DNA of 64,000 nt from Marsupella aquatica. Lineage: Eukaryota; Plantae; Marchantiophyta. The notes under the pieces are model-generated. The model was not told the DNA's origin. It worked only from the letters and a program-made list of their open reading frames with translations, and searched no databases. Shown here piece after piece: positions 49,706-60,228 of this stretch. The stretch's first letter is position 1. Each line of letters begins with the position of its first letter. The stretch is taken from the NCBI GenBank assembly GCA_973895155.1, contig OZ316896.1, forward strand, positions 22,835,722-22,899,721. The letters run 5' to 3'. A program made the position numbers and the translations under genes.

Positions 49706-51166
49706 GAAATTTAACCGATGAACCGAAGGATCTTAGTATTATCGACTAGTATTTTTGTCGCCCGTATTTTCGATAATTTTATCGGACTGCGCATTGCTGT
49801 TGAAAGAATGGCATGTTGACTATATGGTCACTTGCGGAGGTAACTGGTCAATTGCGGAGGTAACTGCAAGGTAAGTTTGACGAACCGTGCAGTAATTCTT
49901 ATCGACTGTGATGTAAAATATTTTTGGTAAATATCCAAAAACTGAGAAAACTGAGATTGGGTCGGAGCTTTCGTGGCTCAAATCCGGAGTCCGATACAGT
50001 TATCGCACTTGGCTCGAAACGTGGATATGGATTTATAGATAAGACCTTTCATATATCTTCGGAGAGCGTGAATATGAGGTTGAGGAGAAAGTTTTTCGGA
50101 TCTAATTGTTCCTTGATAATATGAATGTTTGTTAGTATGAATTTCATTGGTTTTGATCATTATTAAATTTGCTGTTTCAATCCGAACTCCGATACGAATT
50201 ACATTATTTCCCCAAAAATGTGTTTTTGATGAAAAAAACTGTCGATTTCGCGAGATTCGGCGGAAAATGAAAATACACTTCTCGTTTAGAGGAAATAGTT
50301 CTCGTTCGGTCCGAAATCGTGATTGAGGTACTTAGGGTAAATGGTGAGCAAATCCCCCCTTGTCTAGTCCTTCAGATTGGGGCTGGCACTTTGTGGTGTC
50401 TATGAGCAGTACTGTATTATTTATACAGAGTCGTTTCTGACTGAGATGCTTGTTCGAATATCAGAGTAAGGATTTATATGTTGCCCAAGAACGGAAATAC
50501 ATGTAGAGATCGGGGCAAAGTTTCAACCTGAAAACAAGCTGCAAAATGCTGTAGCGTCCTTTGACAACAACTAGAAGACGACTTGTTATTGCTTAAAGCA
50601 CACGTGCCACTAGAAAAGCCCCATTCCATGTCTCATTACTCACCATAAAAGGTGGAACACTAAGCACCTTTTATGGAACACTTGCTAATGAAAGGTTTTG
50701 CACTCACCACTTCTGTGCAGCTCAAAGCACATTCTTGACCGTGTGCATCTTACAATGAGAGCTAGGGGCCCGTAGCCGTTTATAGGGGCAGTTGTGGTTT
50801 AACAAACCACGCACAGCAACGTACTCTGAGCTGAACAACGAGTGGCTTAACGCAACTAACCTCAAGAGTCCTCTCTCGATAGCCTCTGGTATATTACTAA
50901 AAATTTGCTTTGACACGTCGAGCGTGTTCTTTCAGTTGTGACCAGCCTCTTTTTGTTTGTGCATGGCTAAAACGCTTGGTGAGTCCCCGGTTGTTCTATC
51001 CAAGAGCTTTCAAATGCAAACGTTTGACCATTTCTGCAAAACAAGATTGTCTAGTCAACTGTCTAGCTGGGTCGACAGACTGTCTCCAGTAAATTAGAAA
51101 ACAAATTGAAGAATGACGAGATTCTTATGAGTTTCGCCGACTTGGGATCCTTTTGAGCGGGAGTCT

Positions 51167-51478
51167 TGTCAGCTCCATAGATGCACAAGAACGTGGACAC
51201 GAGAACGAGAGACTACAAGATTACGTGATTTGAATATGCAGAAGTGTAAATTTCATAATGCCCAAAACAAAGCCGGAGCAGAATACCTATGAGACTCGGG
51301 GTGGACCTCGGTCCTTATCCCACCATTGTCTCGAGGCAGCCATGTGGTAACGGTAAAAGACCTAACAAAGCGGCTTACTGTAAGAATGTCACTACTGTAT
51401 GTAAACTGCGGACTAACCAACACCTGGAGAAATGGGAAGAAGTTTAGACGAGCACAAACAGAAAGGGCAACTTTGACA
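51167..51478. mobile_element. 312-bp solo LTR
   Basis: TGTCA...TGACA termini; TSD agtct/agtgt; empty site ggagtctgcctt in three paralogous repeats (about 7657, 14230, 57177). Confidence 0.85.
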
Positions 51479-51592
51479 AGTGTGCCTTGGACTACAGAGT
51501 AGATTGATTGCGATCGTCCTATACCTGTTGGCTTGCGTTTCGGGCCATCCAGCTTGGCACAAAGCTATTATAACTTCAACTTGTGACAAGTG

Positions 51593-51920
51593 TCATAATC
51601 TGAAAACTTGTCTCTGCGCACTAAAATCACAGCGACTGCAAGCAAAACTACAAGTGACTGAAGACTCGCGAGGACTGCGAGTGAAAACATCAACGCACGC
51701 CTGAAGGAACACTGCCAGCATAAACTGCACCAACAGAACTTCCAGATTTTTCCCGGGGCACATTCTTCTGCCAGAACTGAAGGGCAAGAGCTCGAAGTCT
51801 TGCCCATGGACATTGATGGTAGTCGACAACAATCTCTCTGGGCCAAACTCAAGGGGACGCTCCCATACTTCAGGGTTCCTCCCTATGGCGTACATATTGA
51901 CGAACACTTGAGATTTCAGT
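51593..51920 (-). pseudogene. P450 3' fragment
   Basis: VNMYAIGRNPEVWERPLEFGPERL...FELLPFSSGRRMCPG. Confidence 0.85.
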
Positions 51921-53701
51921 GGTAGTGATACCCTGCCACCTCTAGTGATTCTCGTTTTCTCTTTGGTGTTCAGACGACAGCTCCCCAACTAAATCATCCA
52001 ACCATGCAAAGACTTTGGTGTGACAGCCCCAACACTAAATTCTTCAACCAGACACCTTCCTGGCTACCTTCCGGGCTGGTGTGAGGGCCCACACCCCCGC
52101 CCACACCCGGTGAGGTAAATCATCCACACAAGAAACCCATCTCTCCCACCCCATAGCACAATTGGGATGCCCTTGGTTTCGGCAGGCAACGCAAGCGAAA
52201 GGGCAAGGAGACTGGGAAAATAATACAACGAAAAATAGGGACCGTCTATCGCAACCCGGAAATATCGGATCAATTGATCTGGGCGCAATCTGCCAGAGGA
52301 TATCGGTGACAGCCAGCCGCCACGATCAAGAGAGCCCTAACGTAAACTGGCATTGATCCCGCGCACACTCAGCAGTTTGGCGATGTACCCTCTGATCTAC
52401 TCGCCTTTGCTTGTATGCAACACCCAAATTGAGCGATGGTTTTCGGGTATAACTCGCCTAAAATAAAAAGACAGGCGTTGAGGGCCGAATTGCACCAATT
52501 GATGAAATATGTACAGTTTGGAAGGAAGCCCTCATGAATTGATCGACACGACACAGCTACCTTGGGTGACACTTCAGTCGTCGTTGGTCATGCGACAACC
52601 TTCTAAAGGACTACTTGATCCCGGGTCATTCTTGTCACAGTCACTATTTGGACTCCTCCAACAGTAGTGGTGACTCCCAGGTCATTCTTGTCAAAGTCAC
52701 TATTTGGACTCCTCCAACAGTAGTGGTGACTCAAGTGTCGAGACTGAGATGTACGTAAAGTCAATGTGGATGATCTTCGCTGCTTCACTGATATTTGTTT
52801 GTGAGACTCTCTCTCTGTTTTCGTCGTTCGGTAATGGAGTTATGCTACCTCCTTTGTTGGTTTAGTGTTGCAGGTATGAGCCGAGGGATGAGCAAATGAC
52901 ATTAACAAATTTTCCCTTTCTTCCCTTTTGCTTTGTCAGCAACCGTATGGTGTCTATTGAGTCTTCGAGTTTGAACGCTACTCATTGAACTGATGCAAAG
53001 AATTACCGTCAAGCAAGGAATTCGACACAACTCTCGATCCTAGCGCGCAACGACCGGCAATCAATTCCGTAGTAACTCATCAATTCCATTCCAAATTGAT
53101 TGTCCAGGTGCATTGCCGAACAGTAGGAATACAGATAAATGCCATTTTCGATTATTCTCGTTTAGTGCTATCAAGACCGGAGAAGTTGCTGCCACTCCGA
53201 AATGAAACTTATTTCGCATATCGATCTGAGGTCTACGGTCAACAGCTCGGAATCTGAATCCAACGTACATTGCCCAGTTTAGATGGACTCGTTGTTACTA
53301 TAGCAGCTTTGCTCTAGAATGTTGTGGGCTGCAGGCAGATCGATTATCATACTATACATCTTACGTTCTTCAACTCATCTTAATGACATGTTGTGCATGT
53401 AGCAGTGGGATCATTCTGAGGTTGAGGTATCCGGCAAGTGGGAGAAGAGCCTCGTCGCTCTTCCGAACTTGTAGGGTCGGTACGTTTCTGGAATCGGCGG
53501 GGGCAATATTTTTACCAACGGGTGATTACTCCGATTCGTACTGGGGTTGAAGGTGGACTGGCTGAGGAATACACACTGTTGAGACTTCCCTGAAGTGCGC
53601 ATTCCAGCAAGCAAGTAGGCATCGATCGTCTTCTGTCTTCAGGCAGCAGTTGCGGCGGAGAAACCTCCGGAACACTAAGTTCACATATATAGGTATCGAA
53701 G

Positions 53702-55057
53702 ATGTTTCACCTGGCCAGGCTGAAAGCGGAGAATCTGACGAGGAAAAGAGGGAAACAACAGCGTGATGCCCTTGAGGGGAGCTCATCCACAGCAGCAATC
53801 ACGGACGAAAACGGCAACAGGGGACTTCTTCCTGGCATTCCGCACGATCTCACGGTACGGATGATTAGTCCAAAACTCTCATGGCGCTCAGTTGAGGCTC
53901 TCTCATCAGTGAGCCGTGCCTGGCAACAAGAAGTTCGAAGTCACGAAATTCATGACGAAAGAGCTCGCTCCCACTCGACGGAAATGTTTGTTGTCCTAAA
54001 CCATACTCTATCTGTTTCTGAGGAGAAGTTTGGGATCGCTCTGTATAGCCTGCGAACAGGCGCTTATCGTCAGCTTCCTCCCATCCCACACATCAAGAAT
54101 GGAATCCCAGATTTCTGCGAATGCACAACCTTGGATGGGAAAATATATATTTTGGGAGGATTGAAGAACAATTCTACGGACTCCACTCTTCTGTGCCAAG
54201 CGGACGTATATATGTTTGATGTGGCTCGGCGGGCGCAGACTTGGGCAAAATGCGCTAGTATGCACACAGCTAGGTGTAGATTTGGGTGTGGCATTATAGA
54301 CGAGAAGATTTATGTATGCGGTGGTTCTAAGTCGTCCAGTGTTGCAACCGTTTCGGACACAGAGGTGTATGACCCCAAAGTCGATGCTTGGACTGAGCTT
54401 ATGCCAATGATAACTGGGCGCAGAGGTCACACAGTTGCAATTGTTCATAATGAGCTTCTGGTGTATGGCGGAGAGTTCCTCCTTGGAGGGTACTGGATCT
54501 TCAACCTGATTCACCGTCAGAATTGGTATACCCGTGCATACCCTGCAGATTATTTCGAGATTTATAACCCCACAACGGGTGAGTGGAGACGACTGCCCAA
54601 CGATCCGAGAATGGATCTTAACGTGCTCCACCCGGTACCCAACATTCCGGGAATGGATCTTGATGACTGGCTTGGTAAAACAGTGTTCTCTGTAGAGGGG
54701 AAACTACATGCCATCACAGGGTCTGCTGTTTTTCAACTTGACCTTGAACAAGATGTCAGGACGCGTGTGCATTCCATCGAACAGCGAAAGAGAAATTATT
54801 GGACACCATACACTCCAGAAAAGGGGCCACTTGCGGTTTTCGCGATGAATGACCAGCTTTTAGCCTTCGATTTTTGGTATGAGTATCAGTATATTGGAAG
54901 GTGCGTTGAAAGAGGCCGAGATGGAGACCTGATCTTTGCTCTTCTTCGAGGCACAGGGTTCGGTGTCAAGGACCAAGATATTGTGTGGGAGAGAGTTCTA
55001 TATTCTCTTTCCTTTAGTTGTTTGAAGTCTCCATTCTTGCGTATTCTTCGACTTTGA
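53702..55057 (+). CDS. F-box/kelch-repeat protein, copy 3 (451 aa)
   Basis: Intact ORF; roughly 30 aa differences from copy 1. Confidence 0.9.
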   Translation: MFHLARLKAENLTRKRGKQQRDALEGSSSTAAITDENGNRGLLPGIPHDLTVRMISPKLSWRSVEALSSVSRAWQQEVRSHEIHDERARSHSTEMFVVLNHTLSVSEEKFGIALYSLRTGAYRQLPPIPHIKNGIPDFCECTTLDGKIYILGGLKNNSTDSTLLCQADVYMFDVARRAQTWAKCASMHTARCRFGCGIIDEKIYVCGGSKSSSVATVSDTEVYDPKVDAWTELMPMITGRRGHTVAIVHNELLVYGGEFLLGGYWIFNLIHRQNWYTRAYPADYFEIYNPTTGEWRRLPNDPRMDLNVLHPVPNIPGMDLDDWLGKTVFSVEGKLHAITGSAVFQLDLEQDVRTRVHSIEQRKRNYWTPYTPEKGPLAVFAMNDQLLAFDFWYEYQYIGRCVERGRDGDLIFALLRGTGFGVKDQDIVWERVLYSLSFSCLKSPFLRILRL

Positions 55058-56018
55058 GCAGCTGCTGCACAAGTTGGGCCAAATCATTCAAGGGCATAGG
55101 CCGGTTCTTTCTTCGGAACTTATCCGCCTCCTTTGTCAAGAATGTTCGATCTGTAGTTGATAGAACAGGAGATCGATTTCCTGGCTGATAAGATTTACGT
55201 AGACCAGCATGAGGTTTGTTTCTTTGTTGAGATCCATTTCAAATCTTTCTCAATCAAGGGTCAGTCGTCAGTATATTATACTTTCTCCCATTCCATTCGA
55301 CCTTGTTTGATACTTCGCATGGAGAACAGATTTTTGAGCAGGTACAATTGATGCTGATTCAATCCAGTGGAATCATTAATTTCGTTGATTAAATGCTTTA
55401 TTGTGTTGATCATACCTCTGCTGCAATCTCAGTTCTCAAGAGTCCAAGTGACAGCTCATAGCCGTAGAGCTTTTCATCGTAGGTACACAGATGTTCAATA
55501 TACATATGGAGGAAGCTGCACGCTCAATTACGAATCCTAAACCGCTTGATCGGAAAGGTTTGAACACTCTGTAGAATGTGCCAGAGCTGAAATACGTTAA
55601 GCATAGGCTGCTCGGGGATTTTGCTTCATCTCCTTGGTCTTGTTGTGCCGGGCTTGTGGTCTCTGGGCGAGGATTGTCCTGAGAATTGGCATCCAACAGA
55701 GGAGCGGTCCGAGCTAGCTGGGGAGAAAGAATTGGGGATAATTTGGGGCAATCAATTTTGGTCAACCTTGGCGCTTGACTGGTGGCTATTACCGTTCTTT
55801 GGTGTGCTGCTTCGTGCTTCAGCAGGGGAGATCGGGAGCCAGGTGCAAACATGCTCTGACCGGGGCTCTGATGAAGTTTTCTCGGGGAGGTTCTGGTGCT
55901 TCTCCTGACTGGGCACTATTGGGTGGCATTGCCTATGATGCTTTGTGGGCTCCCAAGCCCCGTCGTGGTTGTTCTGATTGGTGCATGGAGTTAGTGTTAG
56001 AGTCAGAGACTTAAGTCT

Positions 56019-56116
56019 GTTTAGGGTTTAGGGTTTGAACCCAGAACTGATTGGTGCATGGAGTTAGTGGTGAGTTAGTGGTACAGTCAGAGACTTAAGT
56101 TTGTTTAGGGTTTAGG
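56019..56116 (+). repeat. Telomeric TTTAGGG filler plus local duplication at a deletion junction
   Basis: gtttagggtttagggttt (56019-56036) and gtttagggtttagg (56103-56116) replace about 270 bp present at 12901-13171. Confidence 0.75.
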
Positions 56117-57762
56117 CTTCCCCTCTCGTGTTTCCTCCGGCTGGTGACTTCCTTCTGGGCACCAATTTCTACAAAATTTCCCGAATTTCGGAAGTTAGGC
56201 TGATCGCAAACCGACACACCGGACGTCGGTCCTCACCATGCCTTTGGAAAAGAACAGCAAAGGTTCTGAGAGATCTTAATTGAGAGGACTGCGAGAGGGA
56301 GCTTTTGTGTTTCGTTCGGATGCACTGATTGCATGTGATGTTTCACGTGCTCGTAATGGAAATCGCAACAACGCTCATCAACTATGCTCACAGAACTGAT
56401 ATCTTCTCCCTCTAAGGGGCGGCATTGAATGACGAGACCCAATAATTAGGCAGCAACAAATGAGTTTCCGAGGAAAGCTCATCCAGATTCTAATTCGGTG
56501 CGACTTATCATATTCGAACCGATCATGTAGTTGAGGGACTTAGGGTATGTGGTAAGCAAATCTCTGCCCTTGTGTAGGACTTCAGATTGGGTCTGGCACT
56601 TTGTGGTGTCTTTGAGCACTACTGTATTATTTATACAGAGCCGTTTCTGACTGAGATGCTCGTTCGAATATCAGAGTAAGGATTTATGTGTTGCCCGAGA
56701 ACGGAAATACATGTAGAGATCGGGGCAAAGTTTGAATCTGAAAACAAGCTGCAAAACGCTGTAGCGTCTGCCTTGACAACAACTAGAAGACAACTCGTCT
56801 CTGCTTAACAAACCACGCACAGCAACGTACTCTGAGCTGAACAACGAGTGGCTTAATGCAACTAACCTGAAAAGTCATCTCTCGATAGCCTCTGGTAAAT
56901 TACTAGAGATTTGCTTCACGTCGAGCATGTTCCTTCAGTTGTGACCGGAGATGTTTGCCCCCTATGATTTGCCTCTATTTCTTTGTGGATGGCTAAAACG
57001 CTTGGTCCCCGCTTGTTCTACCTCCAAGACCTTCTAAAAAGGTGTGACCAATTCTGCACAATGAATTGTCTCGTCACGTGTCTGGTTCGACAGAAAGTCT
57101 CCAGTAAATTAGAAAACAAATTGGAGAATGACGAGATTCTTTATGAGTTCTCGCCGACTCGGGATCCCTTTGAGCAGGAGTCTGCCTTGATTACAAAGTA
57201 GATTGATTGCGATCGTCCTATACAAGTTGGCTTAGGTTTCGGGCCATCCAGCTTGGCACAAAGCTATTATAACTTCAAGTTGTGACAAGTATGATAATAT
57301 GACAGCTTGTCTCTTCGCACCATTTCACAGCGACTGCAAACAAAACTACAAGTGATTGAAGACTCGCGAGGACTGCGAGTGAAAACACCAACTGATGGCA
57401 CTGATGATGCGACGTTCTTTCTGTTTCATCCGTGATGTGTACTGTAGTCCACTCAATCGATCGCATTTATTTGTCCTTGTTCGAACGTTCCTCGGTATTG
57501 AGAGATTCAAGAAGTGTCACTCAACGCAATCACAACGAATATCATGCCGAAGTGGAAAGTTATACAAGCTCGGGAATGTGGAATCTCAACTTATCCAGCT
57601 TTCTATGAATGAATTTGGTAATTTCCTCACGCCCATCATGACTACTCACTGTGATTCGTCGGTTTTCTCTTGGACGCTGATGTTGGATACAATTCTTCGG
57701 TCAATGTGATCGATGGACAGTGAGTAATTGCTTCCTCGGTTAGCTACAGTCCGGTAGCTAGC

Positions 57763-60228
57763 CTAGCGATTGCGACGAGTGAGTCGCCAGTGAACAGTAA
57801 GGTAGCAGCTGATGCGGTAGAAGAGGATAAATCCGACCATGACCAACACATCATTCCACTTCTGGTGCCCTTGCACACCTGAATTGTGCAGCACCTGACT
57901 TCCCGTAAGCAAACAGAAGCTATTGGCATCGGCGGTGGCTCCTCCACTCGCAGCGGCGGCAGCGATCACAGCAGTCGACGAGAGCCCTCTATCGTAGCAC
58001 TTGGTTTTGTGAGCTCCGAACTCGTTCAATAGAAGCGCGTCGAACGGGTACTTGAAGAGCGAGATGTAGTGCATCCAGATCCAGTATTTGGGAATTTCGT
58101 GTCTGTTAATGATGTAGCCGGAGAAGAGGAAGAAGGCCCCCATGAAAGCGGCGACGAGAGCTTGCCCCATGATGTAATTGGGTACAAGTGCGCTGAAGAA
58201 AGCTACGAAGGAGTTGGCGAGAAGGAGAGTCAACCACAGAACGAGACAATAGAACAGAAAGCTCCCGATCGAGGAGGTCAGGCCCGCCAGCCAGTAGGAC
58301 GGAGAACCGTAAAGGATTGCAATGGAAAACAGAAAGGGGAAGAAGACTACGGCGTGCGAGAGGACGTAAGACGAAATGCGGTAAGCACCTCTTGAGGTCT
58401 CGCGCAGCAAGATCTGGCGCTCTTGCAGGAAAATGGGGAGCGCTTCCGTGGTAGAGTTTAATAGAAACGAGAGGGTGAAAACGAAGAATCCGAGGCGGTC
58501 CTGGACACCTTGTCGATCGTTGTCCACATTGAGAAACACTGTGCCGAGGATTATACCTGCTGTTAGAGCCTGGATGCTTCTGGCAGTGAAGAGCTCCTTA
58601 GTGCGCAGTATGTTCTTGAAGAACCGCTCCGTGAGAACTGCCGTCTCTTGCCATATATTGTTCGCGTAAGAAAGCTTGTCTGGATAATCATCACCTCCTC
58701 CACCCTGCTCGAACCTGCCACCCTTAGGTTCATCATCCTCCCGATCATCCTTCGAAGTAGCTAAACCGTTCTCCAAATCAACCAATCTAGGATCGCTGCT
58801 GGGGAATTCCTTACCGAGCTCGAATTCGGACATGTGCAGCTGAGTAAGCCCTTTGGCTATGGTGGCATAGGCGCCCATGTATTCTTCGGTCTCCCAGGAA
58901 TTGACCGCATCGATTGCGTACTCCATAACATTCGTCTGCGCGGGGACTTCATGTCCGGCAGTAGCGAGCCGTGTTGCCAGGAGATCCAGGCTACCGTGGT
59001 GGACCACCATCCCTCCCGCAACCAGGAGAATCGAGTGCATGAGCTGCAGAATTCTAAAGCTCGGCTGATGGATGCTAAGAATTACCGTCCGTCTTCGACA
59101 CACAGCCATAGACCGTAGCATGGCGACGACGTTCAGGGCAGCTCCGCTATCCAAACCCGATGTCGGCTCGTCTAGGATCAGCACAGCTGGGTCGTGAATT
59201 ACGTCCACGCCGATTGAAACCCGCCGTCTCTCACCTCCGGACACGCCTCTGATCATTTCGTTCCCGATGCGGGTGTCTGCCGCGTGCTGCAATCCCAGCT
59301 CGACCAGAAGGTCCTGCACTCTCGAAAGCTTCTCGGCCATTGACATAGATGAAGGGAGTCTCAACCTCGCGCTGAAGAGTAATGTCTCAATAACAGTCAG
59401 AGTTGGGAACAAAGCATCATCTTGCATCACATAACCTGAGATTCGTCGGAAAGTGGAGGAGTTCATGACTTGGTTGTTGACAAGGATGCATCCCGGCGGA
59501 CTAGAAGGTGTCACCCGCCCGGCCAGGCACTCTAGAATTGTTGATTTGCCTGCGCCGCTAGGACCAGCAATTCCCAGAAGCTCCCCTGGCTTAGCATCGA
59601 AGTTTATATTCCTCAAAATGTACCGATCAGTCGTCTTGAAAATGTCATCATCCTCATCCTTGGGAGGTCCGGTGTAAAATCTCTTGAGCTTCGACAGAAA
59701 ACTAGGCTTGGGCGGTGGCAGCTTGAAAAAAAGCTTCTTTACTTTAATCTCGTATACTTTCGCTCTGGGCGATGGAATTGAGTTCAACCTAGGAGATTCA
59801 TCTGATGGCGTCGCAAGTGACGACCGCCCATCGGCATCAGAACCATCGGACGTGGAGCTTGACGGATCGGAAGAACCCGAATCATGTTTCTTTGCAGGAG
59901 GGAATGGTAGCCAACCTTGCTTTCTGCTCATGCTAGCTTCCAACAATTGCTCAGGTATCCCAGCTGCAGCGTGCTCTGCGAAGTCTAAGCTTTGGCTGCC
60001 ACGCCTCCTACTCCGCGCAGTGTCCATTTCTGCACATTCATTTGAACAAATGGAAGCGACAGACGACCGCCTCGAGCTCGCGTTCGAGGATCCATTTCGC
60101 CAGACAGTTGACATCCGATTCAATTGAACATCAGCATATTGAACAGGTGATATTCCAAAGCTGGGCGTGTCTGCGTCTTCTTCCTCTTCTGGCAGCAGCT
60201 GCTGTTCCTGATACGCCGTTCTAGCCAT
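57763..60228 (-). CDS. ABCG (WBC-type) half-size ABC transporter, intronless, 821 aa
   Basis: Walker A GPSGAGKS, Q-loop YVMQDD, signature VSGGERRRVSIG, Walker B LILDEPTSGLD, H-loop SIHQP, C-terminal TMD (NBD-TMD order). Confidence 0.95.
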   Translation of the reverse strand: MARTAYQEQQLLPEEEEDADTPSFGISPVQYADVQLNRMSTVWRNGSSNASSRRSSVASICSNECAEMDTARSRRRGSQSLDFAEHAAAGIPEQLLEASMSRKQGWLPFPPAKKHDSGSSDPSSSTSDGSDADGRSSLATPSDESPRLNSIPSPRAKVYEIKVKKLFFKLPPPKPSFLSKLKRFYTGPPKDEDDDIFKTTDRYILRNINFDAKPGELLGIAGPSGAGKSTILECLAGRVTPSSPPGCILVNNQVMNSSTFRRISGYVMQDDALFPTLTVIETLLFSARLRLPSSMSMAEKLSRVQDLLVELGLQHAADTRIGNEMIRGVSGGERRRVSIGVDVIHDPAVLILDEPTSGLDSGAALNVVAMLRSMAVCRRRTVILSIHQPSFRILQLMHSILLVAGGMVVHHGSLDLLATRLATAGHEVPAQTNVMEYAIDAVNSWETEEYMGAYATIAKGLTQLHMSEFELGKEFPSSDPRLVDLENGLATSKDDREDDEPKGGRFEQGGGGDDYPDKLSYANNIWQETAVLTERFFKNILRTKELFTARSIQALTAGIILGTVFLNVDNDRQGVQDRLGFFVFTLSFLLNSTTEALPIFLQERQILLRETSRGAYRISSYVLSHAVVFFPFLFSIAILYGSPSYWLAGLTSSIGSFLFYCLVLWLTLLLANSFVAFFSALVPNYIMGQALVAAFMGAFFLFSGYIINRHEIPKYWIWMHYISLFKYPFDALLLNEFGAHKTKCYDRGLSSTAVIAAAAASGGATADANSFCLLTGSQVLHNSGVQGHQKWNDVLVMVGFILFYRISCYLTVHWRLTRRNR

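Larger units (their letters stand above)
32685..50323 (-). mobile_element. 17.6-kb TIR DNA transposon (Sola/DUF7869-like DDD transposase) with cargo genes
   Basis: 25-bp TIRs A(A/T)CACGATTTCGGACCGA(C/A)CGAGAA; TSD TGAG at 32681-32684 and 50324-50327; empty site tagttgaggtactt at about 13593 in the paralogous repeat; superfamily assigned from motif memory. Confidence 0.9.

Noticed and set aside
2972-60228. P450 plus ABCG biosynthetic gene cluster
   Set aside because: All P450s here are pseudogenes or fragments, no scaffold-forming enzyme is present, and segmental duplication explains the co-location.
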